Source: Polyangiaceae bacterium (GTDB lineage Bacteria > Myxococcota_A > Polyangia > Polyangiales > Polyangiaceae). Taken from it: a stretch of DNA of 64,000 bases. This document shows, piece by piece, positions 1 to 13,291 of this stretch. The stretch lies in contig JAXLYM010000003.1 of assembly GCA_046351455.1 (NCBI GenBank), positions 152,364-216,363 on the forward strand, written 5' to 3'. A model generated the notes under the pieces. The model saw only the letters and a list, made by a program, of their open reading frames with translations. It was not told where the DNA came from and did not search any database. Each line of letters begins with the position of its first letter. Position 1 is the stretch's first letter. A program made the position numbers and the translations under genes.

Positions 1-93
1 ATTCGTGGCATCAGTGATATTATTGGCTGGAAGCGCGACGATGCGTGGACACTCTATGCGTGTGAGACGGCGGCCCAATTCGCAGCTACAATC

Positions 94-1833
94 GTGTCGA
101 CCGGCCTTCTCTGTTGGAGTTCCCGGCAGCCAATCGGTGAGCCAACTCGCTCAGCCCAGGGTGCCTCCCCACCGGAAGCAGGCTCGTCCGTCGGCACGGC
201 CGCACGACAGGTTGAACGTGCGCGCCCCATGTCGAAACATGAGGAACCGAACTCGACCCCTCGACATCCAATTATTCTTAACCCTTTTGGCGAGGGCGAC
301 GTTGCTGGGGAGCTCGACGCTCTTTCTGACCTGTATTTTGTCGATACAGACTTTCCGCGAAAAGCTTTGAGTGACAAGATAAATCTGATCATCGGCCGGC
401 GCGGAGCTGGCAAGACTGCGCTTGCCCACTGGCTCGGGCTGCCGAGGGACGCGACATCAAGATACTACAACATCTATGTAGACGTCAGCAGTTTGGCTCT
501 ATTTGCGCCGACGGTGACAGGCATTGCTGAACGGCTGAGGCAGGAGCATCACGCTACGGAAATCCTTGCTTCAGTGTGGCGGGTAGCCCTCCTACATGCA
601 CTTATGGTTGAGACGCTCAAGGACAAGCACCTCACCAATCGCGCTGGTTCTCTTGACATGGAGCATCATCTAATCAACAAATCGATTCCGAGAACTCAGT
701 CGGCATCACAGGTCGTGCTGCGAGTATTTCAAATCATAGCGAGCGCTCTTGTTCCGAGCATTTCAACTACGGCCAGTCTCGTAACCAGCGTGCAGAGTCT
801 TGAGAATTCACCAGGGTTCGTCGCGTGGCGAAGGGCCCTTCCAGAATACCTCAAAGCAAGCAAACAGCGCGCGGTCATCGTCATAGACACGCTTGAGGAG
901 TATCGGATCAAGGATCATGCTGTTCAGCTATTCATGGCGTCATTGTCCCACGCCGTCAGCGAACTCTCAAAAGCCAGCGGGGCAGAGGGTCTGGAGATCA
1001 AGCTGTTTGTTCCGGCGGAGGTCGCACAGTCTCTCGAGGACACAGCTATCCTGAACATCGGAAAGACTTTTGACCGCGCTCTTTTCATGCATTGGCGAAG
1101 AAAAGACCTTCTTCGACTGATGTGCTGGCGTCTGATGTATCATCTCACAACGAGATTCCCAATGTATTGTCCACCGGAGCTCAAGCGCTACCGCGAACTA
1201 GACTGGTCAGACTATTCGGCAATTGCCAAGCATGTCTGGGACAAGTTCTTTCCAGTAGGCAGCCGCGATCGACATACGATCAGTTCATTTGCACACATTT
1301 CTAGATTTACCCAGCTGCGTCCACGTCAGTTCGTATTGCTGTGTAACGCGATCGCTCAACGTGCTCACGAAAACCGGACATTCCCCAAGATCCAATGGCA
1401 AGATCTCGGCAACGGAATCGCCGATGTTGTTGATACACTTGCAAAGGAGGTGCTTAGCTCCTTCAGGAGTCTATACCCTGACGCTGATAGGATCGTCAGT
1501 ACTCTTGCCACCGCGCGAGACCCACAAGGCCTGTATGTTGGTCTGACCTATGGAAACGTTGACTCGCTCGCTTCGCAGGCCAAAGGCCTGTGTACTCGTG
1601 AAACATTCTGGCGCCTGCTCTTGGAGACAGGTGTGCTTGGCGTCGTGACCGGGGACACAGAACTTTACACCGAGGCTCGGTTTGAATACATCGAGCGTCA
1701 ACCATTGATTCCGGGCATGAATGACAGATTTGTTGTACATCCAATGTTCTACGGTCGGCTAGGAATCAAGCCGCCACGAGAGGCGAAGTGGGTGTTCCCC
1801 ATTGGGCCGGAAGATCTCAGCGTTGACTATTGA
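94..1833 (+). CDS. P-loop NTPase of unclear family (Walker A IIGRRGAGKT, Walker B VIVIDTLEE) with ~350 aa C-terminal region of unknown function; encoded in low-GC island; may be 5'-truncated by window edge
   Basis: Continuous ORF. Frame 1 is open from nt 1 (translation IRGISDIIGWKRDDAW... upstream of the first ATG). GC drops to ~50% from ~230 to ~1860 against a ~70% background. Internal ATG at 229 coincides with the GC drop. Walker A and B motifs were read directly from the translation. Confidence 0.6.
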   Translation: MSTGLLCWSSRQPIGEPTRSAQGASPPEAGSSVGTAARQVERARPMSKHEEPNSTPRHPIILNPFGEGDVAGELDALSDLYFVDTDFPRKALSDKINLIIGRRGAGKTALAHWLGLPRDATSRYYNIYVDVSSLALFAPTVTGIAERLRQEHHATEILASVWRVALLHALMVETLKDKHLTNRAGSLDMEHHLINKSIPRTQSASQVVLRVFQIIASALVPSISTTASLVTSVQSLENSPGFVAWRRALPEYLKASKQRAVIVIDTLEEYRIKDHAVQLFMASLSHAVSELSKASGAEGLEIKLFVPAEVAQSLEDTAILNIGKTFDRALFMHWRRKDLLRLMCWRLMYHLTTRFPMYCPPELKRYRELDWSDYSAIAKHVWDKFFPVGSRDRHTISSFAHISRFTQLRPRQFVLLCNAIAQRAHENRTFPKIQWQDLGNGIADVVDTLAKEVLSSFRSLYPDADRIVSTLATARDPQGLYVGLTYGNVDSLASQAKGLCTRETFWRLLLETGVLGVVTGDTELYTEARFEYIERQPLIPGMNDRFVVHPMFYGRLGIKPPREAKWVFPIGPEDLSVDY

Positions 1834-2025
1834 TCAAGGCTTAAAAAAACACTCGATTGCCTACGTTTCGCCGACTCTCCCGCAACCGAAGATCCTGCAG
1901 GTCAGGAACTCGTTCGCGAGATTCGACGGTTGCTCGGTGGCGCCACTGCCGAGGCTTCGACCTCGGAGCAAACCAACAAAGGTGCTTGAGGAACGGCTCC
2001 GACGTCGCGCCAGCGAGGGTCCAGC

Positions 2026-2304
2026 TTATCGAACGTCCTTCCACGCCGGACGCACGCCGAGGATGTCAATCGACTGTTCTGTGATCATGAAGGTGATTAC
2101 GAGATTCGTCCCTGCCACTGGACGGCTCCAGATGGTCTCGAAGGGTGTCCGCAATGCCTGTTCATCCTCCGGGCCAGGGGCAGGAACACGCTCGTTTGCA
2201 AGGGCTCGCAGTACCCGCCTGACGGCTGCTTCCTCTGACGATCCTGGAGGCGCGTGAACTCGGCGCGTCGCAAAGAATATCGGCTTCAGCCGCAGGAATC
2301 GCAC
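2026..2304 (-). pseudogene. possible frameshifted 3' continuation of the small ORF at 2286..2627
   Basis: The 2026..2304 ORF overlaps the stop of the 2286..2627 ORF in another frame and translates to protein-like sequence (EEAAVRRVLRALANERVPAPGPEDEQALRTPFETIW). It lies next to the low-GC island boundary. Confidence 0.2.
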
Positions 2305-2627
2305 GCGTTCGCCTGTTCCTCAAGAATACCTTCAGCCTCGGCCGCAGAATAACCGAGCTCGGTCAGGTCCTCACGCGTAGCACAACCCTGGAGATATCGG
2401 CACTCCGCCTCCGACATGAGCCCAGCCTGGACGCACTCTTCCACCGTTCGCCCAGGCTCCGACATCGACGCTGCGTACTGCTCAGCGCTCATCCCGAGCA
2501 GCCTCAGATGCTCGGGATCCTCCCGCCCCAGCTTCTCTGCATACTGGCGCAGTAAGTCGACGTGACGGGGATCCTTGGATCCCATGCCGATCAAATCGCC
2601 GTGGTCCAAAGAGTACGCAGTCGCCAT
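2286..2627 (-). CDS. hypothetical small protein (start taken at MATAYSLDHGDL)
   Basis: ORF co-directional with and downstream of the Ser/Thr kinase gene. An internal ATG gives a 74-bp spacer from the preceding ORF. No recognisable motif. Confidence 0.35.
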   Translation of the reverse strand: MATAYSLDHGDLIGMGSKDPRHVDLLRQYAEKLGREDPEHLRLLGMSAEQYAASMSEPGRTVEECVQAGLMSEAECRYLQGCATREDLTELGYSAAEAEGILEEQANACDSCG

Positions 2628-2700
2628 GCAATGACCAATAGCACAGGATGTGCCGGAAAGCGAGCCGCCCACGGGCCCTCCAGAACACGTTCCGATGGGC

Positions 2701-3078
2701 TCAGTCCGGTGACGTCGACACCTTCGAAAGCGGCAACACCTCGTCCAGCGCACGCTTCACGTCCGGCCGATGGAGCACCTCCACGGCGACGATCCGGTCC
2801 TCAACGACATCGAGCACGATGAAGCCAGTCGCCGCGCCGAGGCGAAGATTGAAGTGGCCCTCTCCATAAGCCCCCTTCGGGCGCGGCGCCGTGTAGAAAT
2901 GCGCGCAGTCCGGATCGCCGCAACGACAACGGTCCACCACAGGCAGATCCGCTATCCGGGGCGCGAGATCCGGGCGCTCGGAGGCCGCTAAAAGCTCGGT
3001 CAGCTCGCGCGAAAACGCAGGGAACACCGAACGAATCGTCTGGACCGGACGGGCCTCGCTCACGGTACCTCCAAGCAC
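2701..3078 (-). CDS. hypothetical protein, 125 aa, Cys-rich patch CRCGDPDCAH
   Basis: ORF starting 25 bp downstream of the kinase stop on the same strand. GC3-rich codon usage typical of the host. Confidence 0.45.
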   Translation of the reverse strand: MLGGTVSEARPVQTIRSVFPAFSRELTELLAASERPDLAPRIADLPVVDRCRCGDPDCAHFYTAPRPKGAYGEGHFNLRLGAATGFIVLDVVEDRIVAVEVLHRPDVKRALDEVLPLSKVSTSPD

Positions 3079-3103
3079 GTGCTCGTGCCCCCCTCGACGC
3101 GTT

Positions 3104-6475
<3,372 letters not shown>

Positions 6476-6527
6476 CGCGCGGACAGGGGATTCGAAGGGG
6501 TTTTCCGGTGTGGTCTCGGCGAGGGGA

Positions 6528-7025
6528 CTACTCGTTCCGGAGGATGAGGTGGAAGCCGAACTCGGTCTCGACGACGTCGCTCATCTGGCCGACCGTGAGC
6601 TCCATCGCCGCGTCCGCGAACGGCGGCGCCATCTCGCGGCGCTCCAGCACGCCGACCACGCCGCGGCGATCGGCCGCGCCCGCCTCGTCCGAGTAGGTCT
6701 TCACGACGTCGTCGAAGTCGGCGCCCGCGAGCATCTTGTCGCGCGCCTCCATCGCGCGGAGGCAGGCCTCTTCGCGCGTGCGGGTGATCGTCTCCGGCGC
6801 GTTCTTCGCGCCCTGGTACTTCACGAGGACGTGGCGCACGCCGACCTTGGCGGGCTCGTTCGGCTTGCGCTCGCGCTGGGCGCCCGCGATCGCGAGGCAC
6901 TTCTGCGCGGGCGTCTCGGCCTTCGCTTCGGCCGTGGGGGCGACGTTCGAGGCGTCCTGTTTCTGCGGCGCGCCGCACGCGGCGGTGAGGAGCGAGCACG
7001 TGAGCACGAGAAGGATCCTTCGCAT
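6528..7025 (-). CDS. PpiC/parvulin-type peptidyl-prolyl cis-trans isomerase lipoprotein
   Basis: Signal peptide with lipobox (MRRILLVLTCSLLTAAC). Parvulin motifs VRHVLVKYQGA and GFHLILR. Confidence 0.8.
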   Translation of the reverse strand: MRRILLVLTCSLLTAACGAPQKQDASNVAPTAEAKAETPAQKCLAIAGAQRERKPNEPAKVGVRHVLVKYQGAKNAPETITRTREEACLRAMEARDKMLAGADFDDVVKTYSDEAGAADRRGVVGVLERREMAPPFADAAMELTVGQMSDVVETEFGFHLILRNE

Positions 7026-7079
7026 CGAGGCCCAGGATACGACGAAGCGGCGCGCGGAGACGACGCCGTTCACCGCCGG

Positions 7080-8105
7080 TCACGCGACGATCGCCGCGCA
7101 CCGAAGACCGTCGCGCGAGCTCGTCACCACGAGCGCAGGCCCCGGCGTCTCCGCGCCCACCACGAGGCCCACGAGCAGCGGCACGCTCGCCGCGCCGATG
7201 TCGCCGAGGCGATCCGCAGGATGGAGGAGCACCGGCGTCGCGTGGCGTCCGTAGATCGTCGCGGTCGCTGCGGCGCACCACTCCTTCGCGCGCTCGGCCT
7301 CGCCGTTGAGATCGATCGCGACCGCGCCGATCGTCTGCGCGTCACCGCCCCACCCTTCGAGCGCCTGGCCGATCGCCGCGGCCATCGCGCGGGACGTCGC
7401 GGGCGCCGCCGTCTCCACCTCGATGCCGAGCGCGCGCACCGCACACCCGCGATCGCGCGGCGTCACGGGGCGCACCGCGATCGCGGCGGCCGCCTCTCCC
7501 GGTAAGAATCCGTTCGGGGAGCGGCGCGATCGCAAGAGGCCCAGGCGATCGAGGTGCTCCAGCGTCGCGGGCTCTCCGTGCGTGTCGAGGCCGACGATCA
7601 CCGCCTGCGCGACGAGGCCGCGCTCCAGGAGCTGCGAGGCCGTGCGGAGCGCGAGGACGCCGCTCGCGTGGCCGCGGCGCACGAGGACGCGCGCCGTGTC
7701 GGGGACGGTGGTGCCGCGGGCCTGGATCTCGTTCGCGAGCGCATCCATCACGAGGCCCCACGAATCGAGCGCGCACGCGGCGGACGCGGCCTGTCCGGAC
7801 CTCGCGCCCCACGGGAGCGGCGCGCACACGATGAGCGCCGTCGCGCCCGTGAGCGGGCCCATCTCGTCGAGGCACTCCACGAGCGCCGGCCACGCGAGCA
7901 CCGACGCGCGCGCACAGCCCTCGTGCTCCGCGCGCACCGGGAACGCGAACGCGCCGGTGATGCGGTCGCCCGCGAGGTCCACGAGCTGCGCCCGCCGGAT
8001 CCGACGCGCGCCGGCCGCGAGCGCCGCGATCGTGTTGTTGGTGTCGTCCCCCACGGCCGTCACCATCCCGATCCCCACCACCTGGAGCGCGACGCGCATC
8101 GACAC
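7080..8105 (-). CDS. thiolase-fold 3-oxoacyl-ACP synthase III (FabH)-like protein
   Basis: N-terminus VVGIGMVTAVG is typical of ketosynthases. C-terminal HPADRLGDIGAASVP resembles FabH HQAN...GNTSAASVP. Length 341 aa. Confidence 0.6.
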   Translation of the reverse strand: MSMRVALQVVGIGMVTAVGDDTNNTIAALAAGARRIRRAQLVDLAGDRITGAFAFPVRAEHEGCARASVLAWPALVECLDEMGPLTGATALIVCAPLPWGARSGQAASAACALDSWGLVMDALANEIQARGTTVPDTARVLVRRGHASGVLALRTASQLLERGLVAQAVIVGLDTHGEPATLEHLDRLGLLRSRRSPNGFLPGEAAAAIAVRPVTPRDRGCAVRALGIEVETAAPATSRAMAAAIGQALEGWGGDAQTIGAVAIDLNGEAERAKEWCAAATATIYGRHATPVLLHPADRLGDIGAASVPLLVGLVVGAETPGPALVVTSSRDGLRCAAIVA

Positions 8106-8253
8106 ACCCTCCCCCGAAGACGCACGTCTCTGCGTCCCGGACAGCCACCCTCGTCTCGGGGCCGGAGCGCCAGTCTATCCCCGAAATGAGCCGGCGCCAG
8201 CACAGGAGCGTGCCTGTCCGAACAAGCGCCCACGTTCCATGGAACGCCTTTCG

Positions 8254-9108
8254 TTACTCCAGCCAACCGGAGTTGAGGAGCACGATCCACTCGGCCTTCG
8301 TGGGGTCGAGGACGCCGACCGTCGGCGGATAGAGCAGCACGACCGCGTCGAACAGATAGCCGCCCTTCAAGAGGCCGTCGGGCAGCGCCGTCCCCCACAC
8401 CACGTCCATCGCGGCCTGTTGATCCTGCACGGGCATCACCATTCCGCCGCTGAGGTCCCAACCGCGCGTCCCCGGCGGAGCCGCGGCCGGCACGCACCCG
8501 GCGCCCAGCGTCTCCGGCGGAAGCCACGTCTTCGGGTACGTCATCTGGCCCGTACCGGACCAGACGATGCCGCCGCCGAATACGGTGAGTCCAGTGTCCG
8601 CGCTCACGACGCCGACGCCGCCGAAGTCGCCGGGCGATTCATAGAAGACGAGCTCGTCCATCGGATTGGCACCCGAGAGGAGCTGGCCATTTTGCCCGAA
8701 GCCGGTGTCCGTCTGCGAGGTCGCGCGGGCCTGCGCTTCGGTGACGGCCGCGTATCCGCCGCACACCATCTGCCAGCCTTTGATCGTCCACGTCTGGTAA
8801 TCGAGCCGGACGATCGACGTGCACGCGCTGCCGGCGCCGCCGGTCATCTTCGCGATCGCGTCGGCCGCGGCCACGCACTCGGGGGTGGTGACGGTGGTGC
8901 CGCCCGCGCCGCCGGACGTGGTGGTGACGGTGGTGCCGCCGGTCTCGCCGCCGGTGCCGCCGGTCGTGGCGCCGCCGGTGCCGGTGGTGCCGCCCGTGGA
9001 CGTGGAAGACGTGGTGTTGCCGCCCCCGTCCCCGGAGGTGACGGAGCCTCCGCAGCCGCTGATTGAAGTGAGAGCGAGCCCCAATAGGAAAAGAGAAGTG
9101 TGCTTCAT
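8254..9108 (-). CDS. lipoprotein with Gly/Thr-rich linker (start at MKHTSLFLLGLALTSISGC)
   Basis: Lipobox LTSISGC followed by a GGT-rich low-complexity linker and a globular domain. The upstream extension of the ORF is antisense-like. Confidence 0.65.
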   Translation of the reverse strand: MKHTSLFLLGLALTSISGCGGSVTSGDGGGNTTSSTSTGGTTGTGGATTGGTGGETGGTTVTTTSGGAGGTTVTTPECVAAADAIAKMTGGAGSACTSIVRLDYQTWTIKGWQMVCGGYAAVTEAQARATSQTDTGFGQNGQLLSGANPMDELVFYESPGDFGGVGVVSADTGLTVFGGGIVWSGTGQMTYPKTWLPPETLGAGCVPAAAPPGTRGWDLSGGMVMPVQDQQAAMDVVWGTALPDGLLKGGYLFDAVVLLYPPTVGVLDPTKAEWIVLLNSGWLE

Positions 9109-9139
9109 CCCCGCAGCGTAGCGCCGTTTCGGGTCGGAG

Positions 9140-11164
9140 GTGGATGCTTGTTTCGCGCGGGCCCGCGGCCGGGCATCATGCGGCATGCCCACCGACCCGC
9201 GATCGACTCCGACGCTCGTGCAGGCGGACACGCTCCTCGCGACCGAGACGCCGAATTCCCTCGTGGATGCGGGCAACGGCGCGATCCCGGACCCGAACGG
9301 CGAGCCCCGGTATGCGGGCGGCGCGCTGCTCGGACAGGGCGGCATGGGCGAGGTGCGGCTCTATCGCGATCGGCGCCTCGGGCGCGAGGTGGCGGTCAAG
9401 GTGCTGCGCGTCGAGGACGGGCCCTTTGGGGTGCGCCGCATGCGGTTCGTGCGGGAGGCGCGCGTGCAGGGCCAGCTGGAGCACCCGAGCGTCGTCCCAG
9501 TGTACGATCTCGACGAGACGCCGGAGGGCGAGGCGCGCATCACGATGAAGCGGGTGCGCGGTCACACGCTGGAGAGCGTGCTCGCGGGCCTCGCGACGGG
9601 GGACACGGCGCTCGCGCGGCGGTTCACGCGGAGGCGCCTGCTCACGGCGTTCGTGAGCGTCTGCAGGGCGCTTGAATACGCGCACACCCGGGGCGTCGTC
9701 CACCGCGACGTGAAGCCCGCGAACGTGATGCTCGGCGACTTCGGCGAGGTCCACGTCCTCGACTGGGGCATCGCGCGCGTGGCCGGCAGCAGCGGTGTCG
9801 GAGACATCGAGTCTGGAATCGACTCCTCCACGGCGGAGACGATGGAACAGCCGGCGCCGAAGGAGGAGAGCGCACCCTCCCCTGACCCGGGCGCTCCAAG
9901 GCGCACGCCCGGCTCCGACGGGACGGCGGTGGGCGCGATCCTGGGGACGCCGGCGTACATGTCGCCGGAGCAGGCCAGGGGCCGAGTCGATCTCATCGAC
10001 GCGCGGTCGGACGTGTTCGCGCTGGGAGCGATGCTGTTCGAGATATTGACGCTGACACCGATGCTGACCGGCCGGAGCGCGCACGAGCTCCTGAGCGCGG
10101 CGCGCAGCCCGAAGGAGGCGCGCAGCCCGGCCGTGGAGCACCCGGAGTCCGACGTTCCCCCCGAGCTCGACGAGGCCGTTCGCCGGGCGACCTCCCCCGA
10201 GATCGGAGATCGGTATTCCAGCGCTGGAGCCCTGGCAGAGGCCGTGGATCGTTATCTCGACGGCGACCGCGACATGGCCGCGCGCCGGGCCTTGGCCGGG
10301 GAGCAGCTGGAGCGCGCCCGCGACCTCTTGAAGTCGGGAGAAGGCCCCTCCGAACAGGCCGAGACGCGGGCGGCGGCGGTGCGCACGTTGGCCCGCGCGG
10401 TGGCGCTGGATCCGCACCACGAGGAGGCGTCGGCGATGCTCGGACAGCTCCTCGTGGAGACGCCGCGGGAGCTGCCGAAGGAGGCGGCGGCGGAGCTGTC
10501 GGCGGCGCGCGACGTGGCCAGAAAGACGGCGGCGTGGGGTGGAGTCTACCGGATCGTGGGCGTCTTCGTGCTCACGGGTCTCGGGGCGTGGATGGGAGTC
10601 CGCCGGACGGGGATTGGCATCCTCTCGGTGACGGCCTTGTTCGCCGCGTCGCTCCTCAGCATGACGTGGCTCCGCTCCGGGAGCGAGCGAGCGCGGGAGG
10701 TCATGCGCCTCGCCACGCTCGCGTCGTCGATCGTGGCGCTCACGGCGATGAGCTACGCCCTCGGCCCGGCGTTCCTGGTGCCGACGCTCGCGATGGTGAA
10801 CGGCTTCGTGCTGCTGGGGCAGGCGGATTTCCGCTCGGCGCGCGTGGTGATCGTGGCCAGCACGATCCCTGTGTGGTGGCGATTCGCGCTCGGCGTCGCG
10901 GGCGCGGCGGAGATGCCGTACGAGGTCACGCCGGATCGCGTCGTGATCCCCGCGAGCCTCGTGGGCTTTCCGCCGGTCCTCACGCTGCTCCTCTTGCTCG
11001 GCGTCAGCTTGCTCCAGGTGGCGGCGCCGCTCACGATGATGTCTTTGTTGAGAGAGCGCCTGCGAAGCCTGGAAGAGCGCCTGTTCCTGCACTCCTACCA
11101 CCTCCGCCAACTGGCCACCTCCGCACGGAGAGAGCCCCCCCTAAGCGTGCGGCGCGGCTCCTAA
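9140..11164 (+). CDS. Ser/Thr protein kinase with C-terminal multi-pass membrane domain
   Basis: Kinase motifs AVKVL, HRDVKPANVML, DWGIA, GTPAYMSPEQ. C-terminal ~200 aa is hydrophobic with several predicted TM helices. An alternative ATG lies at 9185. Confidence 0.85.
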   Translation: MDACFARARGRASCGMPTDPRSTPTLVQADTLLATETPNSLVDAGNGAIPDPNGEPRYAGGALLGQGGMGEVRLYRDRRLGREVAVKVLRVEDGPFGVRRMRFVREARVQGQLEHPSVVPVYDLDETPEGEARITMKRVRGHTLESVLAGLATGDTALARRFTRRRLLTAFVSVCRALEYAHTRGVVHRDVKPANVMLGDFGEVHVLDWGIARVAGSSGVGDIESGIDSSTAETMEQPAPKEESAPSPDPGAPRRTPGSDGTAVGAILGTPAYMSPEQARGRVDLIDARSDVFALGAMLFEILTLTPMLTGRSAHELLSAARSPKEARSPAVEHPESDVPPELDEAVRRATSPEIGDRYSSAGALAEAVDRYLDGDRDMAARRALAGEQLERARDLLKSGEGPSEQAETRAAAVRTLARAVALDPHHEEASAMLGQLLVETPRELPKEAAAELSAARDVARKTAAWGGVYRIVGVFVLTGLGAWMGVRRTGIGILSVTALFAASLLSMTWLRSGSERAREVMRLATLASSIVALTAMSYALGPAFLVPTLAMVNGFVLLGQADFRSARVVIVASTIPVWWRFALGVAGAAEMPYEVTPDRVVIPASLVGFPPVLTLLLLLGVSLLQVAAPLTMMSLLRERLRSLEERLFLHSYHLRQLATSARREPPLSVRRGS

Positions 11165-11183
11165 CGACGCGTGGCCTGATCGG

Positions 11184-12074
11184 CTATTGCGCCTGCACGA
11201 GCAACGCGTGGGCCCGCAGCTCTCTCCACCTCTGCTCGACGCTCTTCATCACGTGGGAGACGTCGACGTCCGCCTTTCGGAAGCGGCCCTGAAGCTGCAG
11301 ATAACGCGTCAGCGACTCCGGCGACATCGCGGGCTCCACGTTGATCACCGTCTTCGCGCCGCCGAACACCTCGTACACCGCGAACAGGCCGCTTCGCACC
11401 GCGTGGCGCACGAGCTCGATGCCCTCCGCAGGCTCGCTCTTCCAGCCTGTCGGACACGGGGCCAGGATGTGGAGGAATCGGAATCCCTTCATGTCCAGAG
11501 CGAGCTTCATCTTGCGCATCGTGTCCTCCGGGTGCGCCAGAGAGATGGAAGCCGCATACGGGATCCGGTGCGCCGCCATAATCGCGACGATGTCCTTCTT
11601 CTCGACGTCTTTGCCGAGAGGCGTCGTCGACGTGGCCGCGCCGAACGGCGTCGCGGAGGAGCGCTGTCCGCCGGTGTTGCCGTAGATCTCGTTGTCGTAA
11701 CAGATATACAGCACATCCTCGTTGCGCTCGGCCGCCGCCGACAACGTGGCGAGGCCGATATCGTACGTGCCGCCGTCGCCGGCCCAGCAGATCACGCGCG
11801 TGTCCTCGCCGTTGAGGCGCGCCACGTGCGCGAGGCCCGTCGCCACCGCCGCCGCGGACGCGAACGTGCTCGCGACCGTCGGCGCTCCGTACGCGGAGAA
11901 CGGGAAATTGCCGGCCGTCACGATCGCGCAGCAGGCCGGAATGACCATCTGCACGGGGTGATCCCCGACAGCGCGGCTCAGCATCATGAGGCCGATGGAC
12001 ATGCCGCATCCGCCGCAGTTCGTGTTGCCGGCGCGGAGCAAGGGCTCGCAGCGGTCCGCGTCGGTCTGGGCCAT
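11184..12074 (-). CDS. porB: 2-oxoacid (pyruvate):ferredoxin oxidoreductase beta subunit, TPP-binding
   Basis: Motifs CGGCG, GDGG..DIG and NTGGQ, characteristic of the POR beta TPP/Fe-S subunit. The start at MAQTDADRCEPLL gives 296 aa. Confidence 0.85.
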   Translation of the reverse strand: MAQTDADRCEPLLRAGNTNCGGCGMSIGLMMLSRAVGDHPVQMVIPACCAIVTAGNFPFSAYGAPTVASTFASAAAVATGLAHVARLNGEDTRVICWAGDGGTYDIGLATLSAAAERNEDVLYICYDNEIYGNTGGQRSSATPFGAATSTTPLGKDVEKKDIVAIMAAHRIPYAASISLAHPEDTMRKMKLALDMKGFRFLHILAPCPTGWKSEPAEGIELVRHAVRSGLFAVYEVFGGAKTVINVEPAMSPESLTRYLQLQGRFRKADVDVSHVMKSVEQRWRELRAHALLVQAQ

Positions 12075-12127
12075 GCCGCCGATGACCGGCTCGTGCGCGT
12101 GCAAAACAGGCAAGTGGGGAGTCTGGG

Positions 12128-13291
12128 TCACGGGCCCACCTCGACGATCTGGGGCGCTCCATCGCACTCGCGGGCGACGAGATCCGCTATCACGTTGGTC
12201 ACGTGCGCCGGCCGCACATCCCCGCCGCCGACGCCCATCATGTACCCTTGAACGACCGCGTCGCGCGGCGTCGACGGGCGCACCTCGCTCCACACGATCC
12301 CGCCCATCCCGGGGCAGAGATCGCGATCGATCACGCCCACTTTGCGGCACCCCTTCAGCATCGCGCGCAGCGTCGCCTCCGGGAACGGCCGGAACATGCG
12401 GATTCGCAGACTGCCAATCTTGATACCGCGCTCGCGGGCAAGGTCGACGGCCGCGCGCACCGTGGCCGCCGTCGTGCCCATGGAGACGAGGCAAATCTCC
12501 GCGTCCTCCATCCGATAAGGCACCACCGGATCGGCGAGGTCGCGCCCGAACACCTCCTTGAAAGAGGCCTGCACCTCCTTGTACACCGCCGGCACGCCGT
12601 TCATCGCGGCCTGCAGGTGCTTTCGGTGCACCTCCGTCTCGTGCGGGTTGTCGAGCTGCCCGAGCGCGCGCGGCCGGTTCGTGAGGCGATGCGGCAAGTC
12701 GAGCGGCGGCAGGAAGCGGTCCACGAGGTCCTGCTCCGGGAGGTCCGTCAGCATCATCGTGTGCGACAGGATGAAGGCGTCCTGACAGACCATCACCGGT
12801 AGCAGCACCCTCTTGTCCTCGCCGAGGCGATACGCCGCGAGGATGGAGTCGTGCACCTCTTGATTGTCCTCGCAATAGAGCTGGATCCACCCGGAGTCGC
12901 GGAGCATCAGCGTGTCTCCGTGATCGACCCAGATGTTCCACGGCGGGCCCAGCGTGCGATTGACGGCCATCATCACGATCGGCAATCGATAGAAGGCCGC
13001 CGCGAAGACGTTCTCCGTCATGTACGCGAGCCCGTTCGACGAGCTCGCGGTGAACGAGCGGGCGCCGGCGATCGAGAACCCCATGCACACGGCCATCGCG
13101 GAGTGCTCGCTCTCCACGCGGACGACATGGCCCTTCTCGATCTGGACCTCACAGAGCTTCTCGATGCACTCCGTCTGAGGGGTGATAGGATAGACGCCGC
13201 CGCCGAAGCCGCGGCCGATGCGGTTCGCGCGCGCGGCCTTGATGGTGGCATAGGCCGTCGCGTGGTTCGCGCTCACGAGCTCCATCGTCAT
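12128..13291 (-). CDS. porA: 2-oxoacid (pyruvate):ferredoxin oxidoreductase alpha subunit
   Basis: Translation MTMELVSANHATAYATIKAARANRIGRGF...GYPITPQTE matches the POR/KOR alpha N-terminus. ATGA overlap with the upstream fusion gene. Confidence 0.85.
   Translation of the reverse strand: MTMELVSANHATAYATIKAARANRIGRGFGGGVYPITPQTECIEKLCEVQIEKGHVVRVESEHSAMAVCMGFSIAGARSFTASSSNGLAYMTENVFAAAFYRLPIVMMAVNRTLGPPWNIWVDHGDTLMLRDSGWIQLYCEDNQEVHDSILAAYRLGEDKRVLLPVMVCQDAFILSHTMMLTDLPEQDLVDRFLPPLDLPHRLTNRPRALGQLDNPHETEVHRKHLQAAMNGVPAVYKEVQASFKEVFGRDLADPVVPYRMEDAEICLVSMGTTAATVRAAVDLARERGIKIGSLRIRMFRPFPEATLRAMLKGCRKVGVIDRDLCPGMGGIVWSEVRPSTPRDAVVQGYMMGVGGGDVRPAHVTNVIADLVARECDGAPQIVEVGP

Noticed and set aside
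9176-11110. 644-aa minus-strand ORF overlapping the second Ser/Thr kinase
   Set aside because: Antisense to a gene with clear kinase motifs. Arg/His-rich garbage translation.
11161-12162. 333-aa minus-strand ORF overlapping porB in another frame
   Set aside because: porB frame carries TPP-binding motifs. This frame is Arg/Gly-rich with no motifs.
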